Positions 1 through 9,930 of a stretch of DNA of 64,000 nucleotides are shown here, one piece after another. Location of the stretch: NCBI GenBank assembly GCA_963829655.1, contig CAWHJG010000002.1, positions 5,536,594 through 5,600,593 on the forward strand. Direction: 5' to 3'. The position numbers and the translations under genes were made by a program. This DNA comes from Pirellulales bacterium. Lineage in GTDB: Bacteria; Planctomycetota; Planctomycetia; Pirellulales; JALHPA01. Each line of letters opens with the position of its first letter. Within the stretch, counting starts at the first letter, position 1. The notes under the pieces were generated by a model. The model was not told the DNA's origin. It saw nothing but the letters and a program-made list of their open reading frames with translations, and did not search any database.

Positions 1-2055
1 GCTGCGCTTGCTGATATCCATCACCATCCTTCACCGAGCGAGTTAGGATCGTCGGCCACAATTCGCCAATGATCTTCGTGCGCCGCTTGGCGTATTCCAG
101 CGTGTCGTTGCCAAGGTCATACAGGTTCGTCAGCGGATCGGGATCGATCCCACGCGTATCTTCGTCCGTGGCATACGCCAATTGCGGCTCGCCGCTTCGC
201 GCGGCAATCTTCTTCAATTCCGTCAGCTCACCCTCCGGTGATCCGCCGGCGATCGGCTTGTAGCCATACTCAATGGCCCAAACGTCGTACGGCCCGATGG
301 TCTGCGAAAAATAGTCCCCCTGCTTGACGCCCTTCGGGGCGATATTTGCCGGCGTGTAATCCATCACCGAGCTTGTCAGTCCCGTGTCCTTGGTCTTTTC
401 CGGGTTATTCGCGTCGTCCAGCGAGTACATCGCACTCGCTTTGAAGTTGTGCCGCAGGCCGAGCGTGTGCCCGACCTCGTGCATCGTCACTTCCTTCAAA
501 CCTTGCATGATCAGTTTCTCGCGTTCAGCCTCGGAGTTCACCGCTTCCTTCGCGGCCAGCGCCACCGAGCCAAACGCCAGGTCGCGCGAACGGCTCGCGC
601 CGAGCATGCAATGCAGGCAATGCGGCGTCGAATGATCGTGTAACGATTTTCGCTGTTGCGCCTCGTACGACTCCAAATCCAACGGCCCTCCGGTCATCGC
701 CGCAATAGTTTCCGGCGTGAACCGCTCGTACTCGTTCTTCCAAACCTGCATCCAGTCGGCGTCGAAAATGATGTCGGAATCGAGAATCTGCCCGGTCGTC
801 GGATTCGTTCGCCAAGCGGCCATCGCGAATCCGGCTCGCCGTGATCCAGCGGAACGTGTTGTAGTTCAGATCTTCCGGGTCCCAATCGGCGCTGTCCGGC
901 TGCTGGCGAACCTCGATCGCGTTCACAAAACCAGCCTTCTCAAACGCCTTGTTCCATTCCATGATTCCGTCGCGGACCGCGGCGCGATACTTGTAAGGCA
1001 CCGTCTTCTCGATCCAGAAAACGATCGGCTTCTTTGGCGGCGAAATGTCCGCGCTGCTGTCCGCCTTCTGCAAATCCCAGCGGTTGATGTACCGAACGAA
1101 GCGATCCTCGTCTCCCTTTTGCGAATAGTCCTTGAGCACCGTCAAGAAATACCCCACGCGATCATCCGCCAATCGCGCCCGATAGCCGGTCTGCGGTAAC
1201 GCGCTGATCGAGTAATGGATGTTGATCGTGGCCCCGCGGCTGTCCGGCACGGAATCCAGACTGAAGAATCCCGACGACGCGTAAGTCGCCGCGACCTGAA
1301 TCTCCATGTTTTCCGCGAACCCCTTGACCGCCGAAAAATTTGACTTGTTCGAGGCGAACGAGAAACCGGGCAGCCGTTGGCCAAGTTGCGGCAAGTCGCT
1401 CATGAAGACCTGCGCCAGATCGATCACTGTGCCTCCGCTCGGACCGGTCGTGACCGTCGGCAGGCTGTACAGCACGCTGTCGGTGTAGGCTAGCTTCACC
1501 GCTTTTTCCTCGGGCGAGCCCGAGTTCGCGGTAAATCGCACGTTTCGGCGGATGATCCGCACCTGATCGTCCACTTTGCGAAACTGCCAAACCCAATCGT
1601 TCGCCGAAGCGCCGTCCAGTTCCATCAACGTCGTACCGCCGACCAGCGGTTGACCAATCCCCTTGGCGATCGCGCTGACGACAATGAAATCCTTGTTGAA
1701 GTGCGACGAGCTCAGCTCCGCATACAGGTGGTTTTCCTTCCAATACAGCGGAATCAGGCCGGCGATCGGCTTCGCATCCTTAAGCACCGTCGCGTGCGGC
1801 GGGTACTTCGGCTTGGCTGCCTCCGCGGCCTGTGCTGCGGCCACGACCGCCGCGGCGCCCCCCGCCGGCTGGGCCGTCTCGTCTTTCGTCACCTGTTTTT
1901 CTTCCTTGGCCGCGGGCGGAGTGGTCTTGGCATCCGCGCTAACCGGCGTCGGATCGTTGCCCTGCGCCTGAGCGGAATCTGCAATCATCGCGCAACGCAA
2001 AAATGCAGGTGCATCCAAGGATCCCAATCACCCGAAATCCGTTGTTCATCGACAT
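1..2055 (-). pseudogene. secreted zinc metalloprotease, HEXXH type (DUF5117/DUF4953-like); frame-broken, 3' end beyond window
   Basis: ORF 525..2027(-) matches this family (KYPPHATVLKDAKPIAGLIPLYWKENHLYAEL...). After ...NTFRWITAS (~838) the conserved continuation GFAMAAWRTNPTTGQILDSDIIFDADWM...KEVTMHEVGHTLGLRHNF lies in the adjacent frame and stays open to nt 1. HEVGH codons are at 467..481. A signal-peptide-like start MSMNNGFRVIGILGCTCIFAL (ATG at 2055) is in yet another frame. Confidence 0.8.
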
Positions 2056-2408
2056 GGCCGTAACCCTGATTCTGGGCGCCGAAGCGGGCGCGTTATTGGG
2101 TGTGTACCGAGCTTAACGAGAATGAGGCGGGTATCTACGCCGCGCTAGACCACCGCCCAAAAGTGCAACTAGGAGCGTACGTCAAATATACCGTCGCTTG
2201 CCCTGCTTCGTATATCTACGCAGCAATCCAGAGAAGTTTTCGGTTCAAACAGACTTTACCGGGCTTTTGTCGCCACCTGCCGCGTTCCGCCCGGCCGCCA
2301 ACGAGTCCATTCGCACCCGTTTCCTCCCTGGCATATACCGGCGAGAATGAATCTGCGGGTTGTGCCGCCCCTCTCCGGTATTTCCATTCTTGTAGCTTTG
2401 CGACGGTG

Positions 2409-3437
2409 ATGCAACTGCCCACCACAGTCCAGGCCGTCCTCGGTCGATATCCGGCTGATTGCCAGCCAACTGCGGTCGATTCCCTCAGTTCAGCCGGCGG
2501 GTTCAGCGGAGCAGAATTCTGGCGGCTCCAAACGCCTCGCCGCCTTCTTTGCTTGCGGCGCTGGCCGACCGAGCATCCCGGTCCAGAGCGGCTTGCATGG
2601 ATCCACGCAGTGGTCCGCCATGCCAGGTCGCACGGCTTCCGACTGCTTCCAGTCCCAATGACAACAAGCGACGGCGCCACCTTCGTGCAGCATGACGGGC
2701 ACCTTTGGGAGCTCACACCGTGGCTGTCTGGAAAGGCTGACTACAAGATCATGCCGAGCCGACAGAAGCTGACCGCTGCTCTCAGAGCATTGGCCGAGTT
2801 TCATATTGTCGCATCGAGTTTTCCTACAAACCACCAGACCGTTTCACTTGAACGATCTCCCGGGATTTCTGAGAGGCTACAACTTGTCGAACAACTCCGT
2901 AACGGACGGCTTGCGCAACTGCAAGCCGCCGTTTGTCAGCAGTCAGGCTCCAATTCCTCGCTGCGAGCCCGAGCGCTCAAAATTCTGTATCTCGTTGGCC
3001 CCCGATTGGTGACTCTTCAGAGAATTCTCGAAGCGGCAGCCACCATCGCGGTTATCTTGCAACCCTGCCTCCGCGATATCTGGCATGACCACGTTCTCTT
3101 CGAGGGTAACCAAGTCGCCGGGATCGTCGATCTCGGCGCAATGCGAATCGAGACTGTCGCCGCCGACGTGGCTCGTCTCACTGGCAGCCTCTGCGAGAAT
3201 GATCCACAGGATTGGCAAACCGCCATCGCCGCTTACGAAGGCGTTCGTCCGCTTTCGGACAACGAACGAAAGCTCGTCCCGGCCCTCGACCAATCCCAGA
3301 TCCTGCTCGCCGGGATAAACTGGATAGAATGGGTATTTATAGAGCGGCGTCGCTTCGCCGATCCGCTCGCAGTCGAAAACCGTATAGCAGACATCCATCA
3401 CCGCCTCGTTGCGTCCCAGAACGCCGATCCCTTTTAA
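2409..3437 (+). CDS. phosphotransferase-family protein (aminoglycoside/choline-kinase-like fold)
   Basis: In-frame ATG at 2409 (MQLPTTVQAVLGRYP) inside track ORF 2100..3437. Kinase-like catalytic loop LRDIWHDHVLF and metal-binding IVDLGAMR. N-lobe GGFSGAEFWRL. Confidence 0.75.
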   Translation: MQLPTTVQAVLGRYPADCQPTAVDSLSSAGGFSGAEFWRLQTPRRLLCLRRWPTEHPGPERLAWIHAVVRHARSHGFRLLPVPMTTSDGATFVQHDGHLWELTPWLSGKADYKIMPSRQKLTAALRALAEFHIVASSFPTNHQTVSLERSPGISERLQLVEQLRNGRLAQLQAAVCQQSGSNSSLRARALKILYLVGPRLVTLQRILEAAATIAVILQPCLRDIWHDHVLFEGNQVAGIVDLGAMRIETVAADVARLTGSLCENDPQDWQTAIAAYEGVRPLSDNERKLVPALDQSQILLAGINWIEWVFIERRRFADPLAVENRIADIHHRLVASQNADPF

Positions 3438-3624
3438 GGCGCATTCCCTTATCAGGGGTACTCCCGTACGACAGTCGCCGACACCCGAAGTTGACCCACT
3501 TTGCGGAAAACCGATAAACTCAAACGATTCGCGTCCATGGACGGATGCTGTCGAGGCTCTCGCCGTCGGTGGAATCGACGCCAGATCTCAACGCTTTCCA
3601 TCATTCGCACCGAGGAACGACTCC

Positions 3625-5724
3625 ATGGTTGGTGCTCGTAGGCGGATTGGTTCCGCACTCATCCGATGCCTCGTAATGGTCGCGGCGATCGTTGCCGCTG
3701 CGCGCCTGGATCAGCCAGCTCATGCGCAAACCGCAGGCAAGAACCAGGTGACCGCCACCGCTGAGTTTTCCCCGCCCGACCGACAGGGGCGATCCACGCT
3801 CAGCGTAACGGCCAAAGTCGCCGAGGGCTGGCACATTTATTCGAACACCCAGAAGCCCGGGGGGCCCAGGAAGACGCAAATCAAGCTCGACGAGTCCAAA
3901 TCGTTCGAACGCGTTACCGACTTCAAGTCCAACAAAAAACCCGAAATCCACGAGTACCCGAAAGCCTGGCCCGGGCTTAAGGTCGAAGAGCACCATGGCG
4001 CCATCACTTGGCAGGCCGAGATCGAGTTAGCCACCGATGTAGACCCCACCACGCTGGAGATCAAAGGCGCCGTCAACGCTCAGGTCTGCAAGGAGGTCTG
4101 CCTTCCACCCAAGGACTACAAGTTCGCCGCCACGCTCGCCAGAGCGAAAAAATCAGCGCGCGGCGACGACAAATCGGCCGCGACTGGTGACCATGCCGAG
4201 CCCGCCGAGTTCGCTGCCACAGAGCCCGACGGCGCCAACACCGACGAGGAATCCCCCGCGATTCCCCCCTTGACGACAATCAGCGAAGCAGCCGGCCCGC
4301 CCGCCGGCCGCGATGCTGTCTCCGCCGTCTCGGTCGCACGAGCCGGCGGCAGCGCCTTCGACATCAACCGGGTACAACCTCGTACAGAGGACGGCGCCAA
4401 TTATTCCACACTCGCCTATCTCGGCTTCGCCTTCCTTGGCGGTCTTATCTTGAACCTAATGCCCTGCGTGCTTCCGGTCGTCGGGCTGAAGATTCTCTCG
4501 TTCGTCGAGCAAGGGCATCACGACCGCCTGCACGTTTTTCGGCTCAACCTTTGGTACACCATCGGCCTGATGTCGGTGTTTCTCGCCCTGGCAACGCTGC
4601 CGGTCGTGTATCAGGTCGCCTTCAATCAGACCTATAGCTGGGGCCAACAGTTCGGCGATCAGCGCTTCACGATACCGCTCGTCGCCATTGTGTTTGCGAT
4701 GGCCCTGGCGATGCTCGGTATCTGGGAGATTCCCATCCCCGGCTTTGTCGGCGGCCGCAAAGCCCATGATCTAACCGCCAAAGAAGGCATCGCCGGCGCC
4801 TTCTCCAAAGGGGTCATTACAACGCTGCTTGCTACCCCCTGCACCGCACCCCTCATGGGTACCGCGCTCGGATGGGCCGTTCGCCAGCCGCCTTACCTCA
4901 TCTACGCCGTCTTCGCCACGATGGGCCTCGGCATGGCCAGTCCGTACCTCATCATCGGCGCCTTCCCGCGACTGATCCGCTTTCTGCCGAAGCCCGGCGC
5001 ATGGATGGAAACCTTCAAGCACCTGATGGGCTTCGTACTGCTCGGAACCGTCGTTTGGATACTCACTTTCATCCCGTTGTGGATGGTGGTCCCCACGATC
5101 GCCTTCCTCATGGCAATTTGGGCCGCTTGCTGGTGGATTGGTCGCACGCCGCTCACCGCCGAGCCTCGTCAGCGATGGATGGCCTGGGGCTGGGCCTTGG
5201 CCTTCGCCGGCTTGATGGGCATCGTGTCGTTCGATTGGCTCGCCCGCGTAATGCACGAGCGATATATCCGCAGCGTGGATAACCAGTTCCTCGAAATTGC
5301 GATGGGCGGCGGCGAGACGCGCGCTCGAAGTCCCCACGCACTCGATTGGAAAGCATTCTCGACCGACGAGCTAGTTCGCCTCACGGCAAGTCAACGCACG
5401 GTCCTCGTCGATTTCACCGCCGACTGGTGCCTCACTTGCAAGACCCTGGAACAATTCATCCTGAACACCAGCGATGTAAAGAACGTTGTCGATGAGTTGG
5501 GAATTGCAACGCTTATGGCCGACTTCACAGAGACGCCGCCCGAGCTTCAAACCGTTATCGAAGCCCTCGGGGGCAATGGCGTGCCCGTCATCGCCGTTTT
5601 TCCCGCGGGAGATCCCAACCGGCCGTTCGTATTCATCGGCGGTTACACCAAGCAACAACTGCTTGACGCCCTTCGCGATGCCGGCCCCTCAAAGAAGACA
5701 GAACAGGTTGCCCTGCGCCACTGA
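3625..5724 (+). CDS. DsbD-family thiol:disulfide interchange protein (N-terminal DsbD-alpha-like domain, CcdA-like membrane core, C-terminal thioredoxin)
   Basis: Internal ATG at 3625 gives a signal peptide (MVGARRRIGSALIRCLVMVAAIVAAARL). CKEVCLPP in the N-domain. Membrane-core Cys motifs LNLMPCVLPVVGLK and ATPCTAPLMG. Thioredoxin motif DFTADWCLTCK. Confidence 0.85.
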   Translation: MVGARRRIGSALIRCLVMVAAIVAAARLDQPAHAQTAGKNQVTATAEFSPPDRQGRSTLSVTAKVAEGWHIYSNTQKPGGPRKTQIKLDESKSFERVTDFKSNKKPEIHEYPKAWPGLKVEEHHGAITWQAEIELATDVDPTTLEIKGAVNAQVCKEVCLPPKDYKFAATLARAKKSARGDDKSAATGDHAEPAEFAATEPDGANTDEESPAIPPLTTISEAAGPPAGRDAVSAVSVARAGGSAFDINRVQPRTEDGANYSTLAYLGFAFLGGLILNLMPCVLPVVGLKILSFVEQGHHDRLHVFRLNLWYTIGLMSVFLALATLPVVYQVAFNQTYSWGQQFGDQRFTIPLVAIVFAMALAMLGIWEIPIPGFVGGRKAHDLTAKEGIAGAFSKGVITTLLATPCTAPLMGTALGWAVRQPPYLIYAVFATMGLGMASPYLIIGAFPRLIRFLPKPGAWMETFKHLMGFVLLGTVVWILTFIPLWMVVPTIAFLMAIWAACWWIGRTPLTAEPRQRWMAWGWALAFAGLMGIVSFDWLARVMHERYIRSVDNQFLEIAMGGGETRARSPHALDWKAFSTDELVRLTASQRTVLVDFTADWCLTCKTLEQFILNTSDVKNVVDELGIATLMADFTETPPELQTVIEALGGNGVPVIAVFPAGDPNRPFVFIGGYTKQQLLDALRDAGPSKKTEQVALRH

Positions 5725-5742
5725 ACCCTGAACCCTGAACCC
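5722..5742. repeat. heptamer tandem repeat (TGAACCC)x3 filling the dsbD-like/purM convergent gap
   Basis: Read directly: TGAACCC TGAACCC TGAACCC TC CTACCG. The first TGA is the stop codon of the upstream gene. A near-identical block occurs at 37634..37654. Confidence 0.9.
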
Positions 5743-5744
5743 TC

Positions 5745-6809
5745 CTACCGCTCCCACGCAACTCCCCGTGGTCCCGAGATCACCCGGCCGATCGTCCAAC
5801 TCTCCAGGCCGCAATCGGAAAATTGCGTGCGAATGCTATCGGCGTAGTATGGGCTGACAACCATGACCAGCCCCACTCCCATATTGAATACCTGATCCAT
5901 CTCCCCCTGCTCCACGTCCCCCAGCCGCTGTAACCACGCAAACACCGGCGGCGCCGGCCAACTCTCTCGGCGAATCACCGCCTTGCACCCTTCCGGCAAG
6001 ATCCTCCCCAGGTTCTCATGTAATCCTCCGCCGGTGATGTGCGCAATCCCGTGCACCACGTGCTTGACCTTATAGTTCGACAGGACTTTTCGCACCGGCC
6101 GCGCATAGATCCGCGTCGGCCGCATCAGCGCCTCGCCCACGGTCGCTCCCAGTTCCTCGACGTGCTGATCGACCGATAGCTTCGCGACATCAAACACGAT
6201 CTTCCGCGCCAGGCTGAACCCGTTCGAGTGCAACCCGCTCGAGGCCACGCCAAGGATCATGTCCTCCGGCACAATCTGGCGTCCGTCGAGCAAGTGCTTC
6301 CGCTCCACCACGCCCACGCAAAAACCCGCCAAATCGTAGTCCCCGCGCCGATAAATGTCGGGCATGATCGCCGTCTCGCCCCCCAGCAGCGCACAGTCAC
6401 TCTCCATGCAACCGTTCGTCACACCTTCCACGATCTGCTCCAACAGCGCCGGATCGTCGTGCGACATCGCCACGTAATCCAAAAAGAACAGCGGCTCTGC
6501 CCCGCAGCAGATCGCGTCGTTCACGCTCATCGCCACCAGATCGATGCCCACCGTGCGGTGCGCGCCCGCCATCACCGCCACCTTCAGCTTGGTGCCCACG
6601 CCGTCGGTGCACGACACCAGCACCGGGTCCTGATAATTCCGCGCAAAAAGCTGGTTGGTGAAGTCGAGTTGAAACAGCCCTGCAAACCCGCCGTCGAGCG
6701 GTATCACCCGCGGCGAATAAGTCCGATGCAACAGGCGTGGCAGCCGGGCCATCGATTCACGGTAGACCTCGAGATCGACGCCGGCATCCTTGTAGGTAGT
6801 TTTCCCCAT
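5745..6809 (-). CDS. purM: phosphoribosylformylglycinamidine cyclo-ligase (AIR synthetase)
   Basis: Full-length intact [17 protein letters not shown]... N-terminus, [16 protein letters not shown] and HITGGG motifs are typical of PurM. Confidence 0.95.
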   Translation of the reverse strand: MGKTTYKDAGVDLEVYRESMARLPRLLHRTYSPRVIPLDGGFAGLFQLDFTNQLFARNYQDPVLVSCTDGVGTKLKVAVMAGAHRTVGIDLVAMSVNDAICCGAEPLFFLDYVAMSHDDPALLEQIVEGVTNGCMESDCALLGGETAIMPDIYRRGDYDLAGFCVGVVERKHLLDGRQIVPEDMILGVASSGLHSNGFSLARKIVFDVAKLSVDQHVEELGATVGEALMRPTRIYARPVRKVLSNYKVKHVVHGIAHITGGGLHENLGRILPEGCKAVIRRESWPAPPVFAWLQRLGDVEQGEMDQVFNMGVGLVMVVSPYYADSIRTQFSDCGLESWTIGRVISGPRGVAWER

Positions 6810-8387
6810 TCACCCGCTCAAAAAGCTCAACGATCGACACATGGATGCAGAATTTTCGTTGTGTTGTCTTTGGCTGTCAACCGTTGTCCGTGGTTGACCG
6901 TGTTTGTCCGAGGTCTCTTCGCGATCGCGGACACTGCCGGCGCAGTCAACCAGAGACATTGAAAGACACTCCCGGTCGCCACGATGTGCAAGCTGGTGTG
7001 CATTCGCCTGGTCGGTCCCCGTCGCACGTAGCACGGCTAACGCTGGTTGCGGCTCAGGAAGCTCTGGCAGGCCTTCGACGGCGGCCGTCAGGTCATGCTT
7101 GGTTAGGTGGGTATAGCGGTCCATCGTGAGCGTAATCGAGCTGTGACGCGCCAGCTTTTGCACTACCTTCGGGTTTGCTCCGCTCATGGCCAACATGGTG
7201 ATGTAGGTGTGGCGAAGCGCGTGAAAGTCAACGGTGCGACCCTGATTGTCGCGAGGCGCGATACCAGACGCCCTCAGGTCGTGCCGAATCATTGAGGCGG
7301 CAGCGGTCGGCCATTGGCCGGGCCAGAGCTTCTCCGTGGCTGCGCGGCCCTGTAGCCACGGCTTTATCGTCGCCACAGCGCTGCGACGAAGATGCTGCAC
7401 GGTGCGCTCCCTGTTCTTTGAATAACCGGCCTCGACGGTTACGGTTGGCTCGTCGCCAGCCAAGTCGAATGCTGCCGGCGTCAGGCTGCCGCACTCCGCC
7501 GCTCGGAACCCGGTTTCTGAAGCGACGAAGTACAGCATCGCTCTGTCGCGCCCGCTCAGCCAGCGACGCGTCTTTTGGTGCGCGGTCGTGGCGATCAAGT
7601 TGGCCAGCTCGGCCGGGGTCAACGCCCGTCGCTCGATTCGCACATCCTTACGGGCTTTTTTCGTGTCAACTTTGGTGAATGGGTCTTTTGCCATTCGATT
7701 ATTTCGGATCATCCACTTGCAAAAATGCTTCGTACTGGCCAGGTAATAATTCCACGATTGCAAGCCGAATCGCCTCTTGCCGTTGGCATCCTCATCGCGA
7801 CGGTCGGCGAGCCAGACTTCTAGACGGTCTGGGTGAGAGGTCATGTCCGCAATCCACACGTACCCAGCGCCGATGACTGCCTTCTCGGCACGCGCGCACA
7901 CAAGCTGCACGCTCTGTGAGGTAACGCCTTTGTTTTTCATCCACGCGCGGAAGTCTTTTAGATGCTTCGTCAGCGGTTGCTTCGTATGCTCGTCAAACGG
8001 ATCGGACATGTCGGAGTGCCGGCGCTCCGCTTTTTTTACGAGATCAGCGGCCTTCTGCTTCGTCGATTCCAGGTCGGTGTAACCTGGCACGCGCTTCCAT
8101 CGGCCGTTGTGGTCTTTGTATTGCACGTACCACTTCTCCGACTCGGCCAGATAGCCGCGGCCGTCGCGAGTGAGCTGCACTTCGGTTGTGCGGCCGTCGA
8201 TCTTGACGCGGGCGAAGCGCAGCGGCGGCTCCGTGGGCGCCGGGAGGCCGGCCTTCTCCGCCTTTTCGTTCGCGCGCTCGGTTGCCTTCTTGAGCTTCTT
8301 GGCGTTCTTTGTCGTTCGCGGCTGGCTGAGCAGCTCAGCATCCGACGGGAGTGGTTTGGTGTAGAGGGGCTTCAGAATCGACGACAT
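6810..8387 (-). CDS. tyrosine-type site-specific integrase
   Basis: Intact 525-aa ORF. Catalytic region HALRHTYITMLAMSGANPKVVQKLARHSSITLTMDRYTH (H-x-x-R ... Y). The C-terminal tail reads through the putative att core, and its stop codon directly abuts the purM ATG. Confidence 0.9.
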   Translation of the reverse strand: MSSILKPLYTKPLPSDAELLSQPRTTKNAKKLKKATERANEKAEKAGLPAPTEPPLRFARVKIDGRTTEVQLTRDGRGYLAESEKWYVQYKDHNGRWKRVPGYTDLESTKQKAADLVKKAERRHSDMSDPFDEHTKQPLTKHLKDFRAWMKNKGVTSQSVQLVCARAEKAVIGAGYVWIADMTSHPDRLEVWLADRRDEDANGKRRFGLQSWNYYLASTKHFCKWMIRNNRMAKDPFTKVDTKKARKDVRIERRALTPAELANLIATTAHQKTRRWLSGRDRAMLYFVASETGFRAAECGSLTPAAFDLAGDEPTVTVEAGYSKNRERTVQHLRRSAVATIKPWLQGRAATEKLWPGQWPTAAASMIRHDLRASGIAPRDNQGRTVDFHALRHTYITMLAMSGANPKVVQKLARHSSITLTMDRYTHLTKHDLTAAVEGLPELPEPQPALAVLRATGTDQANAHQLAHRGDRECLSMSLVDCAGSVRDREETSDKHGQPRTTVDSQRQHNENSASMCRSLSFLSG

Positions 8388-8399
8388 CGATCCGCCTTT

Positions 8400-8903
8400 C
8401 TATTTGCTGTGTCGCCGCGAGCGGCAACGCGTGATGGTTACGATCAACGAGAGTCCAACCAAAAGCACACTTGCGGGCTCCGGGACAGTGAAGCCCTCGA
8501 AGCGTCCGGTCGCAAGCGGCGCGAATATCCAGCCGCGTTGCTGTGTGAACGGCTCGACAAACTCGACGCGCAAGTCGGAGCCCGGAGCAATCGGGCCATC
8601 GACCTCGACCCAGCGCCCTGGAGTTTGCCGCGTGATGTACCAGCCAGTGAAGTCGTCGCCGGGCCAGGGCGGCTGATTGGCGATGAGCATGTCGCCGTGG
8701 CTCAGTGTGATGCCGACCTCGGACGGCGGTGGCACGCGGATTCCAGGGCGGACCTGGAGTTGGAAGAGCGACGCCGATTCCGACAGGTTGGTGATGTGGA
8801 ACTTGTCGAGTGACACGATCGTCTCGAAGGCGATCGGAGTCGGCGGAGCTGCGAATGATGGCGTGGCGAGCAGCAGCATTGCGGCGACAAAAGTGGTTCG
8901 CAT
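8400..8903 (-). CDS. secreted PEP-CTERM-anchored protein of unknown function
   Basis: ATG at 8903 gives the signal peptide MRTTFVAAMLLLATPSFA. The C-terminus VPEPASVLLVGLSLIVTITRCRSRRHSK shows PEP, then a TM helix, then a basic tail. Confidence 0.6.
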   Translation of the reverse strand: MRTTFVAAMLLLATPSFAAPPTPIAFETIVSLDKFHITNLSESASLFQLQVRPGIRVPPPSEVGITLSHGDMLIANQPPWPGDDFTGWYITRQTPGRWVEVDGPIAPGSDLRVEFVEPFTQQRGWIFAPLATGRFEGFTVPEPASVLLVGLSLIVTITRCRSRRHSK

Positions 8904-8955
8904 GGGACTGGCCTCCAGGTTTGGTTGCGCCTCCATGCGTGTGAACGATTCCTAG

Positions 8956-9396
8956 TTAATCCGACGCAAACGACCGGATCAATGTGTCGCAGCGGGAACG
9001 GAGCGCGGGGAGCTTCTCTTTGGGAACAAACTCGGCGGCGACGTCAGCGAGCGACCCGGCGATGGCCGTGACATCCGCCTTGCTGAAGGATTCGGCGGCG
9101 CGGCGTCCGAATTCTTCCGGCCACAGCCTTTCCAACAGGAACGCGGCGGCGTGCCAGTTGCCTCGGCCGGCGGCCGCGTTGATCAGCGAAAGCAATCTGA
9201 ATTTCCCCGCAGTTTGGGCCCGGCCGTAGTCATTCGCGAAATCCGGGTCGCGCTTTAGTTCACGCCGGATCGAGCGGGCATCGACGCCGACGTAGCCGGC
9301 GGCCTCTTTCTGTGTCATTCCGGTCGAGAGGAGCACGACCAGATCATGCTTTTTCATTGCGTCCATCGATCGCGGGCGTCCGTTTGCGTTTGGCAT
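8956..9396 (-). CDS. helix-turn-helix protein, small-terminase-like/resolvase-HTH-like
   Basis: HTH LSTGMTQKEAAGYVGVDARSIRREL followed by GNWHAAAFLLERLWPEEFGRR. In my memory this motif is typical of phage small terminase / HTH proteins. A paralogous gene lies at 37671..38443. Confidence 0.5.
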   Translation of the reverse strand: MPNANGRPRSMDAMKKHDLVVLLSTGMTQKEAAGYVGVDARSIRRELKRDPDFANDYGRAQTAGKFRLLSLINAAAGRGNWHAAAFLLERLWPEEFGRRAAESFSKADVTAIAGSLADVAAEFVPKEKLPALRSRCDTLIRSFASD

Positions 9397-9477
9397 GAGT
9401 TGATTCCGTTCTTCAGTTGGGGTGGGGGGTTTTGTCCTCAAAAGTGTGAATCCACAAGGGCCGCGGCGAAATTCCGG

Positions 9478-9930
9478 TCACAAAAGACGCTTCTGCTGGT
9501 CGCTGCTGCGGCCTTGGCGTCCGCCCTGGCCGGTGTTCACTTTCAAACAGGTGATCTCATACCGGCGGTACATCGCGGCCGTCGCGTCGTTACTCTCGAT
9601 CGCCAGATACCTCTCCGGTTCGATCCCGTGCTTCAGCATGATCCGCTCGGTGAGGACGTGCTGCTTCCAACGCGGTGCCGTCCATCGGTGTTCGTTGAAA
9701 TGGGCTTCGTCGGGTCGCCAGCCGGTGAGCTGCTCGATATGGTCCAGCGTCGCTTGCTCGAATTCCCGTCCGCGATGCGTGACCAGGGCGACGTGGTGAG
9801 CCTTGACCAGCTCGACCAGGGGTAAGCGGTACAGCTCGGCGGCGACGTCGGGCCGAAACCGCCCGGCCTTGTGCGAAGTGGCCCAGGAGTTGGCGACCAG
9901 CGTGTAGTTCAGGTCGAGCAGAATGATCAT
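9478..9930 (-). CDS. HAD-like phosphatase-fold protein (degenerate motif I)
   Basis: Start MIILLDLNYTLV (DxDxT-like, with N in place of the second Asp). Later LVTH and IESND motifs. Its ATG overlaps the stop of the upstream recombinase as ATGA (9927..9930). Confidence 0.4.
   Translation of the reverse strand: MIILLDLNYTLVANSWATSHKAGRFRPDVAAELYRLPLVELVKAHHVALVTHRGREFEQATLDHIEQLTGWRPDEAHFNEHRWTAPRWKQHVLTERIMLKHGIEPERYLAIESNDATAAMYRRYEITCLKVNTGQGGRQGRSSDQQKRLL

Noticed and set aside
6228-6962. 244-aa plus-strand ORF overlapping purM.
   Set aside because: It is antisense to a perfectly conserved purM. It has an His/Arg/Gln-rich biased composition, which is a typical high-GC shadow ORF.
7026-7036. 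11-bp match ACGTAGCACGG, inverted relative to CCGTGCTACGT at 23062..23072, as possible terminal inverted repeats of the element.
   Set aside because: The left copy lies inside the integrase coding region. Its chance expectation is similar to that of the direct repeat. Tyrosine-integrase elements are expected to have direct att cores, not TIRs.
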